Assembly: GCA_963754255.1 (NCBI GenBank)
Contig: CAVWEW010000008.1
Span: forward strand, 462,757-526,756
Length of the DNA: 64,000 nt
Source of the DNA: an uncultured Actinomycetota bacterium
GTDB lineage: Bacteria; Actinomycetota; Acidimicrobiia; Acidimicrobiales; Bog-793
Reading direction: 5' to 3'
In this document: positions 10,630 through 20,042 of the stretch, piece after piece
Numbering within the stretch: the stretch's first letter is position 1
Layout of the letters: each line of letters opens with the position of its first letter
Translations under genes and position numbers: made by a program
Notes under the pieces: generated by a model
What the model was told of the DNA's origin: nothing
Databases searched by the model: none
What the model saw: the letters and a program-made list of their open reading frames with translations, nothing else

Positions 10630-11603
10630 TCAGTCGATGCCGATGATGAAGCCGGGATCGTCGCGGTCGAACTCCTCGATCGCATTCTCCGCATCGACGA
10701 GGCACTCCGCAAGGCGGCGCTTCACCTCGGCGGGCGGCACCGAGAAGTCCGGTTGGGCAACGAGGAACTGCTGCAGTCTCTCCACCGTGCGGTAGGCGGC
10801 GTAGGTGGCCCACTCGACGAGGGCGACCTCCTGTCCGTCGGCCTTGCGCAAAGGGGGAAGGATCGTCGGGTCCCGGAATTCGGCGTCGGCGCAATAGTAC
10901 GAGGCCACGAGGGAGATACGGGGATAGGGAGCCTCCAAGCGGGCCGCCCGGTGAAGGACGCGATGTCCCTGCTGCAAGAACGCCCAACCGGCGTCGGGAT
11001 AGCCGACGTAGCCGACCCTCCCGGAGGGCAGGGTGCCCTTTTCGGTGAGGATCCTCATGCCCTCTTCCACTGTCCCTTTGAAGAACTCGGTGTTGCCGCC
11101 CCTCATCTTGCGGGGATCGGTCAGCAGCATCACGAAGTCGAACGCCACGACGTCGTTGTGCCAGACATCGACATCTTTTGTCAGCTCTTCGGGAGCGAAG
11201 TTGAGCTGAACCTGGTGGTGACGGATCGGATGCTCGCGCAGATCGGCCTTCGCCAGATCCGACAGGAACGCCACGAGCCGGGGGTCCGAGTACATGCCGG
11301 CGAAGAACGGCGACCTATACGTGCAGCCGCGCAGTCGTTTGGACCGCGCGTCGCCCGTCGCCACGTCCTCGAGATCCCGGGCGATCCGCTGCGCGACGGC
11401 CACGCCTTCGTCGCTGAGGACGCGAAGGGCTCGGTCAGCGCCACGGGCGACAGTGCCGCGTCGTCATCGCTCGGGTAGCCGAGGTCCTCGGTGGTGTGCA
11501 CGCCGGCGGGGGCGACGAGATCGAGATAGCGCTCATGCCATTCGACGTCGGGCATCACGACCTCATAGCCGGCCGGCCGGCTAGTCCTGGCATCCACCGC
11601 CAT
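10630..11603 (-). CDS. hypothetical Fe(II)/2-oxoglutarate-oxygenase-like protein (HxD...H), apparent frameshift near 11440-11465
   Basis: ORF 10630..11403 contains VWHNDVVAFD and GHRVLHRA, a possible HxD...H facial triad. A strong start lies upstream in another frame: a GGGAGG RBS plus ATG 11603 (MAVDARTSRPAGYEVVMPDVEWHERYLDLVAPAGVHTTEDLGYPSDDDAALSPVA), with GC-rich third positions. The two frames overlap around 11403-11465. The family assignment is tentative. Confidence 0.5.
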
Positions 11604-11790
11604 ATGGCCACCTCCCTTGACGCCGTCACGATACCGGTGCTGCCGGACCCTACCTGATGGCAGTTCGAGACGATCGCCACGCTCAGGAGCATTTTCCGGG
11701 CAGATCCAGCTGTATTGTCCATCAACCGAGCCCGGTGACGCCGTGTGTCGTCGTCTCGACTGGACATGGGCGAGAGGGGAAAGTGGGTCC

Positions 11791-12744
11791 ATGAGCGCTG
11801 AGATCGGATCCCCGGTTCAACGGACGGTCCTGCTCGACTGCGACCCGGGCCATGATGATGCCATCGCGATCCTGCTGGCAGCCGGCAGCAGCGCGCTGAA
11901 GTTGGCGGGCATCACCACGGTGGCGGGAAACCAGACGCTAGACAAGACGACGCGCAACGCCTGCGCCGTAGCTACGGTCGCCGGGCTCGGGCACATCTCG
12001 GTCGTAGCGGGGTGCGACCGCCCCCTCCTGAGAGAGCTCCGCACCGCTGCACAGATCCATGGGGAGTCAGGTCTCGACGGCCCGCCCGCCGTGGCGCCAA
12101 CCGTGAGCGTCCGTCCGGGGCACGGAAGTGACTTCATCGCCGACACGGTCATGGCCCATCCCGGTGAGGTCACGCTCGTGGCGACAGGGCCGCTCACAAA
12201 TGTGGCGCTCGCGCTCCGGAGGCATCCTGGCATCTCGGAAGCGGTACGCGAACTTGTGATCATGGGCGGTGCCTTCGGCCGGGGGAATGTCACCCCGGTC
12301 GCCGAGTTCAACATCTACGTCGATCCGGAAGCTGCTGCGATAGTGTTCGACGCGCCTTGGCGTGTGACGATGATCGGTCTCGACCTCACGCACCAGGCGA
12401 CGTGTCCACCAGCCGTGCAGGAGTCGCTCCGGTCGCTCGGGTCAGGCCCCGCCCGCTTTGCCGACCAGCTGCTCACCTTCTACCGCCGTGCCTACTTCGA
12501 GTCCACCGGTCTCGCCGATCCTCCCGTGCACGATGCCTGTGCGATTGCCTACGTTGCTGCGCCGGAGCTCTTCGAGACACGACCTGCTCATGTCAGAGTC
12601 GAGACCCGTGGGGCGCTCACGGCCGGGACCACCGTGACGGACTTCACCGCGCACGCTCCGGGAGCAGGGCACGACGTGGCGGTGAAGCTCGACGCGGACG
12701 CCTTCTGGGATTTGCTGCTCGATGCCATATCTCGTCTCGGCTGA
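11791..12744 (+). CDS. nucleoside hydrolase (inosine/uridine-preferring, IUNH family)
   Basis: ORF 11617..12744. I moved the start to ATG 11791, preceded by GAGAGGGGA. It has the N-terminal signature VLLDCDPGHDDAIAILLA. Confidence 0.85.
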   Translation: MSAEIGSPVQRTVLLDCDPGHDDAIAILLAAGSSALKLAGITTVAGNQTLDKTTRNACAVATVAGLGHISVVAGCDRPLLRELRTAAQIHGESGLDGPPAVAPTVSVRPGHGSDFIADTVMAHPGEVTLVATGPLTNVALALRRHPGISEAVRELVIMGGAFGRGNVTPVAEFNIYVDPEAAAIVFDAPWRVTMIGLDLTHQATCPPAVQESLRSLGSGPARFADQLLTFYRRAYFESTGLADPPVHDACAIAYVAAPELFETRPAHVRVETRGALTAGTTVTDFTAHAPGAGHDVAVKLDADAFWDLLLDAISRLG

Positions 12745-12793
12745 GCCGCCGAGCGAGCCGAGACCGTCTGCACGCGCGCCAGAGAGGCCACAT

Positions 12794-13831
12794 ATGACCC
12801 ACGACATCGCGAATGACCACCGACTGGACCCAAGGATCAAGGCCATCCTGTCCGCCGTGCCCGCAGGCACGGCCGGCGACGTCGACAGCCGTGAGACTCT
12901 GCTGATGGAGGCGAATTCGGACGAGGCGCGACGGGCGGCCCAGCTGTTCCGATCCGTGATGGAGCTGTGCGACACCGAAGAGGCCGCTCCGTCGGCCGGC
13001 CTTCGCATCCACACCGAGCGGCTCGTCTCCGAACCGGACGGCAACACCATCAACCTGCAGGTCATCCGACCTGACTCCGAGGAGACGCTCGCCTGCGTCT
13101 ACTACATCCACGGCGGCGGAATGGCATCGCTTTCGTGTTACGACGGGATGTACCGGGGGTGGGGCAAGCTCATTGCCGCCAATGGTGTCGCCGTCGTCAT
13201 GGTCGACTTCCGCAACTCGTTGGTGCCATCCTCGGTACCGGAAGTGGCACCGTTCCCCGCCGGCCTCAACGACTGTGTCTCCGGGCTCAGATGGGTCGTC
13301 GGCAACGCCGGGCATCTCAACGTCGATCCCAGCCGCGTCGTGGTCGCCGGCGAGAGCGGCGGCGGCAACTTGACACTGGCCACCGGTCTCAAGCTCAAGC
13401 GAGACGGCGATGTCGGCCTCGTCAAGGGCCTCTATGGGCTCTGCCCGTACATCGCCGGGCAGTGGCCCCTGGCGGAGAATCCTTCCTCCACGGAGAACAA
13501 CGGGATCCTGCTCGACCTGCACAACAACCGTGGCGCGATCGGGTACGGGATCGAGGCCTTCAACGAGCAGAACCCCCTCGCGTGGCCGTCCTTCGCCACC
13601 GCTGAAGACGTGGCGGGTCTCCCCCCCACCGTCATCAGCGTGAATGAGTGTGACCCTTTGCGGGACGAGGGCATCGGCTTTTACCGCCTGTTGCTCCGAG
13701 CCGGCGTTCCTGCCCGGTGCCGTCAGATGATGGGGACCATGCACGGCACCGAGGTCTTCGTGGTGGCCTGCCCCGACGTCAGCCGTGACACCGCCAGGGA
13801 CATCGCCGCCTTCGCAAAGGAAGAGGCCTGA
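12794..13831 (+). CDS. alpha/beta hydrolase fold-3 esterase/lipase (HSL family)
   Basis: ORF 12722..13831. I moved the start to ATG 12794 (MTHDIANDHRLDP). It has the HGGG oxyanion motif (YYIHGGGM) and a GESGGGN nucleophile elbow. Confidence 0.85.
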   Translation: MTHDIANDHRLDPRIKAILSAVPAGTAGDVDSRETLLMEANSDEARRAAQLFRSVMELCDTEEAAPSAGLRIHTERLVSEPDGNTINLQVIRPDSEETLACVYYIHGGGMASLSCYDGMYRGWGKLIAANGVAVVMVDFRNSLVPSSVPEVAPFPAGLNDCVSGLRWVVGNAGHLNVDPSRVVVAGESGGGNLTLATGLKLKRDGDVGLVKGLYGLCPYIAGQWPLAENPSSTENNGILLDLHNNRGAIGYGIEAFNEQNPLAWPSFATAEDVAGLPPTVISVNECDPLRDEGIGFYRLLLRAGVPARCRQMMGTMHGTEVFVVACPDVSRDTARDIAAFAKEEA

Positions 13832-15200
13832 CTGACTTCTTCACGCGGCGATAGACCGGTGAAGACTGAGCGAAGTGGTCCGGGAGGCCGGACGGCACGT
13901 CGGCCAGCCGTTCGGTCTCTCTGCACAAGGGAGACGCGCCGGTGAGATCGCGCTCCTGCACGAGACGGATCATCACACTGGTCGGCTGGTCCCTGGCCAC
14001 GACCCGAACGTGCGAGACGCGACTTCGGACGCGTGGGGCGCGCGCTGAGGAGTAGAGCTCGGCCAGAGTGGCGTAGTTGCCGGACGTCAGCTCGGACCCG
14101 ACCGCAACGCATTCCGTGGCGGACAGGCAGGACACCCCGTTGAGGACGGTGTTCGCGGAGCCCGTCGGGGTGGCCTGGACGGCCCATTTATTCGTTTTGC
14201 CGTTCCACTGCTCGGCAAGCGTCGCCTGCGGTGAAGCGTCGGCGAAGCCGGCGGCGGTGCAGGCGGTGGCCGACGGGCAGGACACGCCCGTCATCCAGGG
14301 ATTTGAGACGCCGGCGGGGAGTGACTGAAGGGCCCAGCTCTTGCCGTTCCACCGCTCGGCGAGTGCCACGAGAGGGCTGCCGGTGACGTAGTAGCCGACA
14401 GCGGTGCACGCCGTGGCGGAGGAACAAGACACGCCGTACAAATTATTGTAGGCGGTTCCCGGGTTCTCGGTCTTCTGGATGACCCATGCCTTGCCGTTCC
14501 AGTGCTCGGAGAGTGACCCCGTGTTCTCCGTGTCCTTGATGTAGTAGTACCCGACGGCGGTGCAAGATGCTCCTGAGGACGTACAGGACACCCCGTTCAG
14601 CTGCGCGGCGCCGGCCGGGTTCGGCATCTTCTGGACCATCCATGATTTACCGTTCCAGCGCTCGGCCAGCGGCAGCTCGGGTCCGGCTGTCGAGGAGTAG
14701 TACCCGACCGCAGTGCCCGGATCAACCGACACCGCGGTCAGCTGGCTGTTCCCGGATCCGGCTGGGGGAGTGGTTGGCTGGACAGCCCAAGTGTTCGTCT
14801 CGCCGTTCCAATGCTCGATCAGCGTGACGGTCTTGGTGCCATTGTTGTAGGAGCCGACAGCGGTGCACGAGGTGGCGGAGAGACAGGACACCCCTGACAG
14901 CTCGCTCGAGGAGGCGCCGGGCGGGATCACGGGGGACAGGGGTGCCCAGCCAGCAGTGGTCAGAGCTTCGGCGAACACGACGTCAACGTTGGAACCGTTG
15001 CTGTAGTACCCCACGGCGACGCAAGCCCTCGACGAGGTGCAGGACACAGCGCTCAGGACGCTCGAGGTGGCGCCCGCCTCATTCACCGTGGGCTGGATGG
15101 TCCAGGACGGCGTGGTGGCCGCGGCGACACCTGAGCTCAGCAATACCGCTGACATCGCAACAGCCACGACACCGAGGCTCCGAGCTACCGCTCCTCCCAT
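13779..15200 (-). CDS. secreted repeat protein with about eight ~45-aa repeats, possibly beta-propeller-like; no family assignment
   Basis: ORF 13779..15287. A signal peptide starts at ATG 15200 (MGGAVARSLGVVAVAMSAVLLSSGVAAA). The repeated pattern is W.VQ..P......L.GVSC.S...C.AVGYY.......LAE.WNG. with a conserved Cys pair per repeat. The last ~85 codons are non-repetitive, Arg-rich and overlap the esterase 3' end, so the 3' boundary is uncertain. Confidence 0.6.
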   Translation of the reverse strand: MGGAVARSLGVVAVAMSAVLLSSGVAAATTPSWTIQPTVNEAGATSSVLSAVSCTSSRACVAVGYYSNGSNVDVVFAEALTTAGWAPLSPVIPPGASSSELSGVSCLSATSCTAVGSYNNGTKTVTLIEHWNGETNTWAVQPTTPPAGSGNSQLTAVSVDPGTAVGYYSSTAGPELPLAERWNGKSWMVQKMPNPAGAAQLNGVSCTSSGASCTAVGYYYIKDTENTGSLSEHWNGKAWVIQKTENPGTAYNNLYGVSCSSATACTAVGYYVTGSPLVALAERWNGKSWALQSLPAGVSNPWMTGVSCPSATACTAAGFADASPQATLAEQWNGKTNKWAVQATPTGSANTVLNGVSCLSATECVAVGSELTSGNYATLAELYSSARAPRVRSRVSHVRVVARDQPTSVMIRLVQERDLTGASPLCRETERLADVPSGLPDHFAQSSPVYRRVKKSVRPLPLRRRRCPWRCHG

Positions 15201-15374
15201 CGGCGAGCCGCACGATCGGCGTCTTGCTGGTCCCCGGCAGGACGCCGGCGCCCGCGTCGGGCCCATCTGTCTGAACAGGTCCGCCATCTGTTACTCCGTC
15301 CACTTGGGTATGGGGCGCACTATCTCGCATTAGTCCCGCGCACCACAAACCAGGAGCTGGATCGTGGCCGCAAG

Positions 15375-15475
15375 CGGGGCACGACGGTCTGGCGACATGA
15401 CACGGCGCCCCTGGCAGCGTCTGAGTTCAGGACAAAGCATTCTCGGTTCTGGGATGTGTCAAGACATCGAGGAGC
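15375..15475. mobile_element. degenerate IS481-element end junction: right-end-like ~27 nt, a 15-nt tRNA-Arg 3'-end copy, then left-end-like ~58 nt
   Basis: 15376-15402 (GGGGCACGACGGTCTGGCGACATGACA) resembles the IS right end (GGTGCGCACGATGTCTCGCGACATCACA, ending at 22388). 15403-15417 (CGGCGCCCCTGGCAG) repeats the direct repeat that flanks the IS. 15418 onward (CGTCTGAGTTCAGGACAAAG...GTGTCAAGACATCGAGGAGC) resembles the IS left end at 21118 onward. Confidence 0.6.
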
Positions 15476-15568
15476 ACGAAGGCGCGATGACTTTGTAGGA
15501 GTGCTTCCGTCTCAACTGGGCGGGTGATTTGACGCCCGGAGGAACGAGATCGGAAGGACGTGGAGAGA

Positions 15569-16090
15569 ATGACCACACCCGGTGACGGCAGGGTATCGGC
15601 GGTACGGCGGATCGAGGCTCCGGCAGAGGTGCTGTTCGCCCGCCTTGCTGATCCGACGAGGCACCCGAGCTTCGACGGCTCGGGGATGCTCAGGGACGGG
15701 AGCGGCAACAAGGTCGTCTCCGCCGTGGGCGATTCCTTCACCATCAAGATGCACAACGACGAGATGGGTGACTACGAGATGCGCAACGACGTCGTTGAGT
15801 ACGTGCCCAACAGGCGGATCGTGTGGGAGCCGGTGATGAGCGCCGCGTCCCGGCCCGAAGACACGGCGGGCATCGGCGAGCGTGCCGGGCACCGATGGGG
15901 TTACGAGCTCGAGCCCGACGGGGACGACGCCGTCATCGTGACCGAGATCTTCGATTGCACCGAGGCCCCTCAATGGCTGCGAGTCGCCGTCGACGACGGC
16001 AACCGCTGGCTGGCGAGCATGGCGTCGACGCTCGAGCGGTTGGACGAGCAGTGCAGCCAGGCGATCCCTGGCGGCTCGGTGCCGGCATGA
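15569..16090 (+). CDS. SRPBCC (START/polyketide-cyclase-like) domain protein
   Basis: ORF 15560..16090. I chose ATG 15569, which follows GGAGAGA. The pattern RRIEAPAEVLFARLADPTRHPSFDGSG...VVEYVPNRRIVWEP is typical of SRPBCC ligand-binding proteins. Confidence 0.65.
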   Translation: MTTPGDGRVSAVRRIEAPAEVLFARLADPTRHPSFDGSGMLRDGSGNKVVSAVGDSFTIKMHNDEMGDYEMRNDVVEYVPNRRIVWEPVMSAASRPEDTAGIGERAGHRWGYELEPDGDDAVIVTEIFDCTEAPQWLRVAVDDGNRWLASMASTLERLDEQCSQAIPGGSVPA

Positions 16091-16488
16091 GCAGTTGGTC
16101 CGGGCAACCGCGACAAATCGCCGCCGTCACCTTGGTCGTTGAGGATCTCGCTGCTGCAAAGGATTTCTACGGGAAGGTCTTCGAACTGCCGGTCCATTTC
16201 GAGGACGAGAGCTCCGCGGTCTTCTGCTTCGGGGAGACGCTAGTCAACCTCCTCGACATCGCAGCAGCACATCAGCTGATCGCTCCGGTGACCGTCGCCC
16301 CGGCGGATGGCGGCGCCCGGTTCCAGTTCACCATCGACGTTGACGATCTCGATGCCGCCTGTGAGGAGCTTGCGCGTCGTGGGGTGACACTGCTGAGTGG
16401 GCCGATGAACCGCCCCTGGGGCATCCGCACGGCGAGCTTCACCGATCCCGCAGGCCATATCTGGGAGTTGGCCCAGGACTTGCCGTAG
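16087..16488 (+). CDS. VOC (glyoxalase/bleomycin-resistance/dioxygenase) family protein
   Basis: ATGA start/stop overlap with the SRPBCC gene. The sequence MSSWSGQPRQIAAVTLVVEDLAAAKDFYGKVFELPV...FTDPAGHIWELAQ is a typical single VOC module. The rest of ORF 15823..16488 is an out-of-context upstream extension. Confidence 0.8.
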   Translation: MSSWSGQPRQIAAVTLVVEDLAAAKDFYGKVFELPVHFEDESSAVFCFGETLVNLLDIAAAHQLIAPVTVAPADGGARFQFTIDVDDLDAACEELARRGVTLLSGPMNRPWGIRTASFTDPAGHIWELAQDLP

Positions 16489-16629
16489 AACCGGGTGGTG
16501 CGAGTTGCAGCGGCAGCACCGGCTCGGCGGGAGCCGGCGGGTGCCACAGGCCGTGCGGGTGCCAGGCCGGCAACAAGGCGCCCGGCGAGGGTCAACCGGG
16601 CCTATCGAACAGGACTCGTATGGCGACCG

Positions 16630-17148
16630 TCAGACCCGGGCGGGCGTCGACACTCCGATGCCTCCGGGCGTGTCGGCGCCGAAGCGCGCCTTTTCTTTCC
16701 CGAGGTCGAGCGGCAATGGGCGCGAGACCTGACGATCGGAATCGATGATGGAATCGGCCGGGAGGAGCCAGGACACCTCGAACTCGAGGCCGTCAGGATC
16801 CTTTGCGTAGAGGGCCTTCGTGGTGCCGTGGTCCGATGCACCTACGAGGGCGCCCCGGTCGGACAGCAGAGATGCGATTCGCTCCAGCTCGGACAGGGTG
16901 TCGACCTCCCAGGCCATGTGGTACAGACCGACGGTCGACCGCCCAGCCTCAGAGGGACGAGCGTGTGGACCGAGCTCGAAGAGGCCGAGGTCGTGATCAT
17001 TCGTGGAGCCGGGCGCGCGCATGAAGATGGCCTTGCCGTTGGCTACCTCGGTCAAGGTCTTGAAATCGAGCACATCGGTATAGAACTTGGCCGTCCGCCT
17101 GGCGTCAGAGACATAGAGGACGATGTGGTTGAGGCGCTGGACGGGCAC
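16630..17148 (-). CDS. VOC family protein (extradiol-dioxygenase/glyoxalase-like)
   Basis: ORF 16630..17262. I moved the start to GTG 17148, preceded by GAAAGGGG (VPVQRLNHIVLYVSDARRTAKFYTDVLDF...LYHMAWEV...LYAKDPDGLEFEV). Confidence 0.8.
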   Translation of the reverse strand: MPVQRLNHIVLYVSDARRTAKFYTDVLDFKTLTEVANGKAIFMRAPGSTNDHDLGLFELGPHARPSEAGRSTVGLYHMAWEVDTLSELERIASLLSDRGALVGASDHGTTKALYAKDPDGLEFEVSWLLPADSIIDSDRQVSRPLPLDLGKEKARFGADTPGGIGVSTPARV

Positions 17149-17539
17149 AGGTGCCCCTTTCGTTTCGGTGAGGTCGCCTGCACAGCCTACTTGTCTAGAC
17201 AACGATTCCGAGCGGGTAGCAGCTGCACCGCTGCTTCTGGCAGGCAACTCGCGGAAGGACACGCTGACGGCACGGTATCGAACCGGCCCGTCGCGGGCCA
17301 GGTCGTCGGGCAGTCAAGGCATCCCCCAGTCCAGTTGGCCACGTTGCCCAGCAACGGCAGTAGTGAGACTTCTGCACCTTGGCTCTGATGGGTTTGCCGG
17401 GGACGGATGCACCATCGAGCGGTGACGAGAGCGGCGAATTCGGTAGATGACGGGTTCTCGGTCACCGGATAACGGCAACGCTCGCGTCGAGATCGGCGGT
17501 AGGTGTCCTGCCACGTGCCGCCGCCTGGTGTGGCGGGGA

Positions 17540-18877
17540 TCACGAGGTGGTCCGAGCCGCACCAATGGCCGTCTGGTGTTGCCAGGCTTCGTCAGCGGTG
17601 CGGGGCACGTGACCAACCTTGGCCATTCCGATCACGAAGGCAGTAGCGGACATTACGCCATTGAGGAAGAGACCATCCTGTTGTGACTTCGTGAGATCGA
17701 ACTGGGTGGCGGTGAGGCCGAGGTTGTCGACGAAGATCGTCCTCGCCGCTGTGGCCTGGTCTATCGAGTACGCGTCCCACTCGTTCATCATCGTGCGAAG
17801 ACAACGGATCGCCACCTGGAAGACGTTCGGCGCCGCGTTGGTGGCGGGGAAGGCGGTCTGAAGCGACGACAACCTGACGCCGATCGTCGGCCACCGGGGA
17901 GGGTTACCATCGACGCGCTTGAAGGCATCGATCGGGAAGTTCTTCAACATACCCCCGTCGACCCAGGTGACCGAGCCCCCTTCATACTGCTGCATCACGA
18001 CTCCACCGTCGGGACGCGGTACCGCAACCGACCCGGCCGTCGCAGCAAAGGTCACGGGTTCGAAGAAGAAGGGAATCGACATCGAGGCGCGGACAGCATG
18101 GGCAACGCTCTCGTGGTCCGGATCATGGCCGTAGAACGGGTAGTCCCAAGGCAGGTGCACCAACTCCCCGCGGGTGATGTCGGACGTATGCACGACGAGC
18201 CGGTAGCTGTGACCTTCGGCGAGGCTCGCCCCAGGGTCGTCCGCCTGGCTGATGCCCAGGTCGGAGAAGGTCGACACCCCGAGCTGGGCCAAGATCGGCG
18301 AGAGCCATCTCTCCAGGTAGTCGCCGGGATATATCCCCATCTTGTGGGTGAGAGCAGCAGCGTCGTCGACGAACTCGCCGAACTTGCGAGTGTGGCCCTC
18401 CCACATCTTACGGAGGCTGCTCTCAGGCATGAAGCTGGTGAAATCGAGAGACTCGACGAAACCTTTTAACTTCGACATCGGTTGGGCCGCCTTGGTGAGG
18501 GCAGCGACCAGCGAGGCGGCGATAGCCCCGGCGCTCGTACCCGCAATGCGCTCGAAGCGGTATCCGGCCTCGCTCAAGGCGACAACAGCTCCGACCAACC
18601 CGATGCCCTTCACTCCACCGCCCTCGAGTGCGAGGTCCGCGACGAGTTCCTTCTGTCCGTGCTCGTCCGGGTTCGGCCAGCCGTCCACGTCTAGGAGATG
18701 TGCCGCCGCCTCTTCGAACTGCTCCTGGAGGGCAGGAGCACGGCGATACCCTAGCTCGCTCCCCTCATCGATAATCAGCTGCGCGACGCCGACGCTTGGT
18801 GCGGTTTCAGTCACAACAGTGTCTCCTGTCTCGACAGAATCAGCTTCTGCTGCTCTGACACGGCTCCATCCTCTCAA
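17540..18877 (-). CDS. patatin-like phospholipase
   Basis: 445-aa ORF with the oxyanion motif GGGVKG, the nucleophile elbow GTSAG and a downstream DGG (VDGGMLKNFP). The exact start is uncertain. Confidence 0.85.
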   Translation of the reverse strand: MRGWSRVRAAEADSVETGDTVVTETAPSVGVAQLIIDEGSELGYRRAPALQEQFEEAAAHLLDVDGWPNPDEHGQKELVADLALEGGGVKGIGLVGAVVALSEAGYRFERIAGTSAGAIAASLVAALTKAAQPMSKLKGFVESLDFTSFMPESSLRKMWEGHTRKFGEFVDDAAALTHKMGIYPGDYLERWLSPILAQLGVSTFSDLGISQADDPGASLAEGHSYRLVVHTSDITRGELVHLPWDYPFYGHDPDHESVAHAVRASMSIPFFFEPVTFAATAGSVAVPRPDGGVVMQQYEGGSVTWVDGGMLKNFPIDAFKRVDGNPPRWPTIGVRLSSLQTAFPATNAAPNVFQVAIRCLRTMMNEWDAYSIDQATAARTIFVDNLGLTATQFDLTKSQQDGLFLNGVMSATAFVIGMAKVGHVPRTADEAWQHQTAIGAARTTS

Positions 18878-18915
18878 AGGGTGGAGCGGTCACCAATCCC
18901 GGAGTGGTTCACCGT

Positions 18916-19722
18916 CTAGAGGGATCGGAGGAAGGTGTCGGCCGCCTCGGCCTGGGCGATCATCTCCTCGCCCTTACGACGCAGTTCGTCACTAATACCA
19001 TCGCCGACGGGGATGCGGAAGGGCGCATCGGAGCGTGTCGCAGCGCCGACGATCGCAGCGACGCACTCTGTCGCGGCTGGACTCTCGGATGCGTGCCACT
19101 CGAGCCAATCGTCCACGCCACGCCAGGTGGACTCGTACAGCCCGGTCGATCCCTTTGCGGCTGCCTGAAATCCCTTCAGGGCGATCTCGGTGCGAAACGG
19201 ACCGGGTTCGACGAGGACGATCCGCACGTCCTGGCCAGCGAGCTCGGCTACCAGCGCCTCGCTCGCCCCCTCAAGTCCGAATTTCGAGGCGTTGTAAGAA
19301 CCGAACAGTCCGCTGCCTGAATAGCCGGAGACGCTCGATACTTGGACTATGACGCCGCTCGCGGCACGTAGCGCCGGGAGGCACGCTCGCGTCAGGGCCA
19401 TCGGGGCGACGAGATTGACGTCGAGGATGAGACGTAGCTCTGCCGGTTCGAGCTCTTCTATCGGGCCCGTCACGCCGATACCCGCGTTATTCACGAGAGC
19501 GTCGAGTCTGCCCCAGCGCTCGAGGACGTGCTGGCCAAGGTGGGCTACGGCGTCGTCGTCGGTGACGTCACAGCGAACAGTCTCAAATGGCAGCTCTGCT
19601 CCATCTCCGCGAACGGTGCCGAGCACGTCCCAGCCGGAAGCCGACAGGCGCTCGGCCACGCCGCGACCGAGTCCAGACGACGTTCCGGTGACGAGCGCGG
19701 CGCGGGTGACCTTCTCTGACAT
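18916..19722 (-). CDS. SDR-family oxidoreductase
   Basis: 268-aa ORF with the TGTSSGLG Rossmann motif, NNAG, and a YNASK catalytic Tyr/Lys. Confidence 0.9.
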   Translation of the reverse strand: MSEKVTRAALVTGTSSGLGRGVAERLSASGWDVLGTVRGDGAELPFETVRCDVTDDDAVAHLGQHVLERWGRLDALVNNAGIGVTGPIEELEPAELRLILDVNLVAPMALTRACLPALRAASGVIVQVSSVSGYSGSGLFGSYNASKFGLEGASEALVAELAGQDVRIVLVEPGPFRTEIALKGFQAAAKGSTGLYESTWRGVDDWLEWHASESPAATECVAAIVGAATRSDAPFRIPVGDGISDELRRKGEEMIAQAEAADTFLRSL

Positions 19723-20042
19723 TTGGTGAAGGGTACTGACGCCCGGTGGCCGATGGACGCTTCGCTCGGCCCGCCGCCTCCGCCGCGACTGCGTCGAACA
19801 CGTCGCGCAAGGTGGAGTTCGGGTTGCAGTGCGCCACCCGCGAGCTCGTGATGATGATCGACGGTCTCAGCGTCGAGCGGCTCTCTACCCGACCCGCGTG
19901 CCGCCGGAGCGACAGGCGGCCGGCCCCTCGCGTCACTCCGGCCGGCCCGCTACGGCGACGCCAACTGGGCTTAACGCCGTCGCTGGCTTACACTTGGATC
20001 CTGTCGGCAGTGGGCTGACGGATCGAGGGGGAGTGGTCGGCC

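Noticed and set aside
10509-10712. A 68-codon N-terminal extension of the CocE/NonD ORF.
   Set aside because: It is Ser/Arg/Thr-rich and has no counterpart in the paralog at 4153..6184. The internal ATG 10508 aligns with the start of the paralog.
16495-17388. A 297-aa plus-strand ORF.
   Set aside because: It is antisense to the VOC gene at 16630..17148 and has no recognisable motifs.
17540-18877. The patatin phospholipase might have been the effector of a CBASS-like or other anti-phage system.
   Set aside because: No CD-NTase, cyclase, sensor or other partner is adjacent. The neighbours are SDR and VOC metabolic-type genes, and a second patatin occurs in a plainly housekeeping context at 63078.
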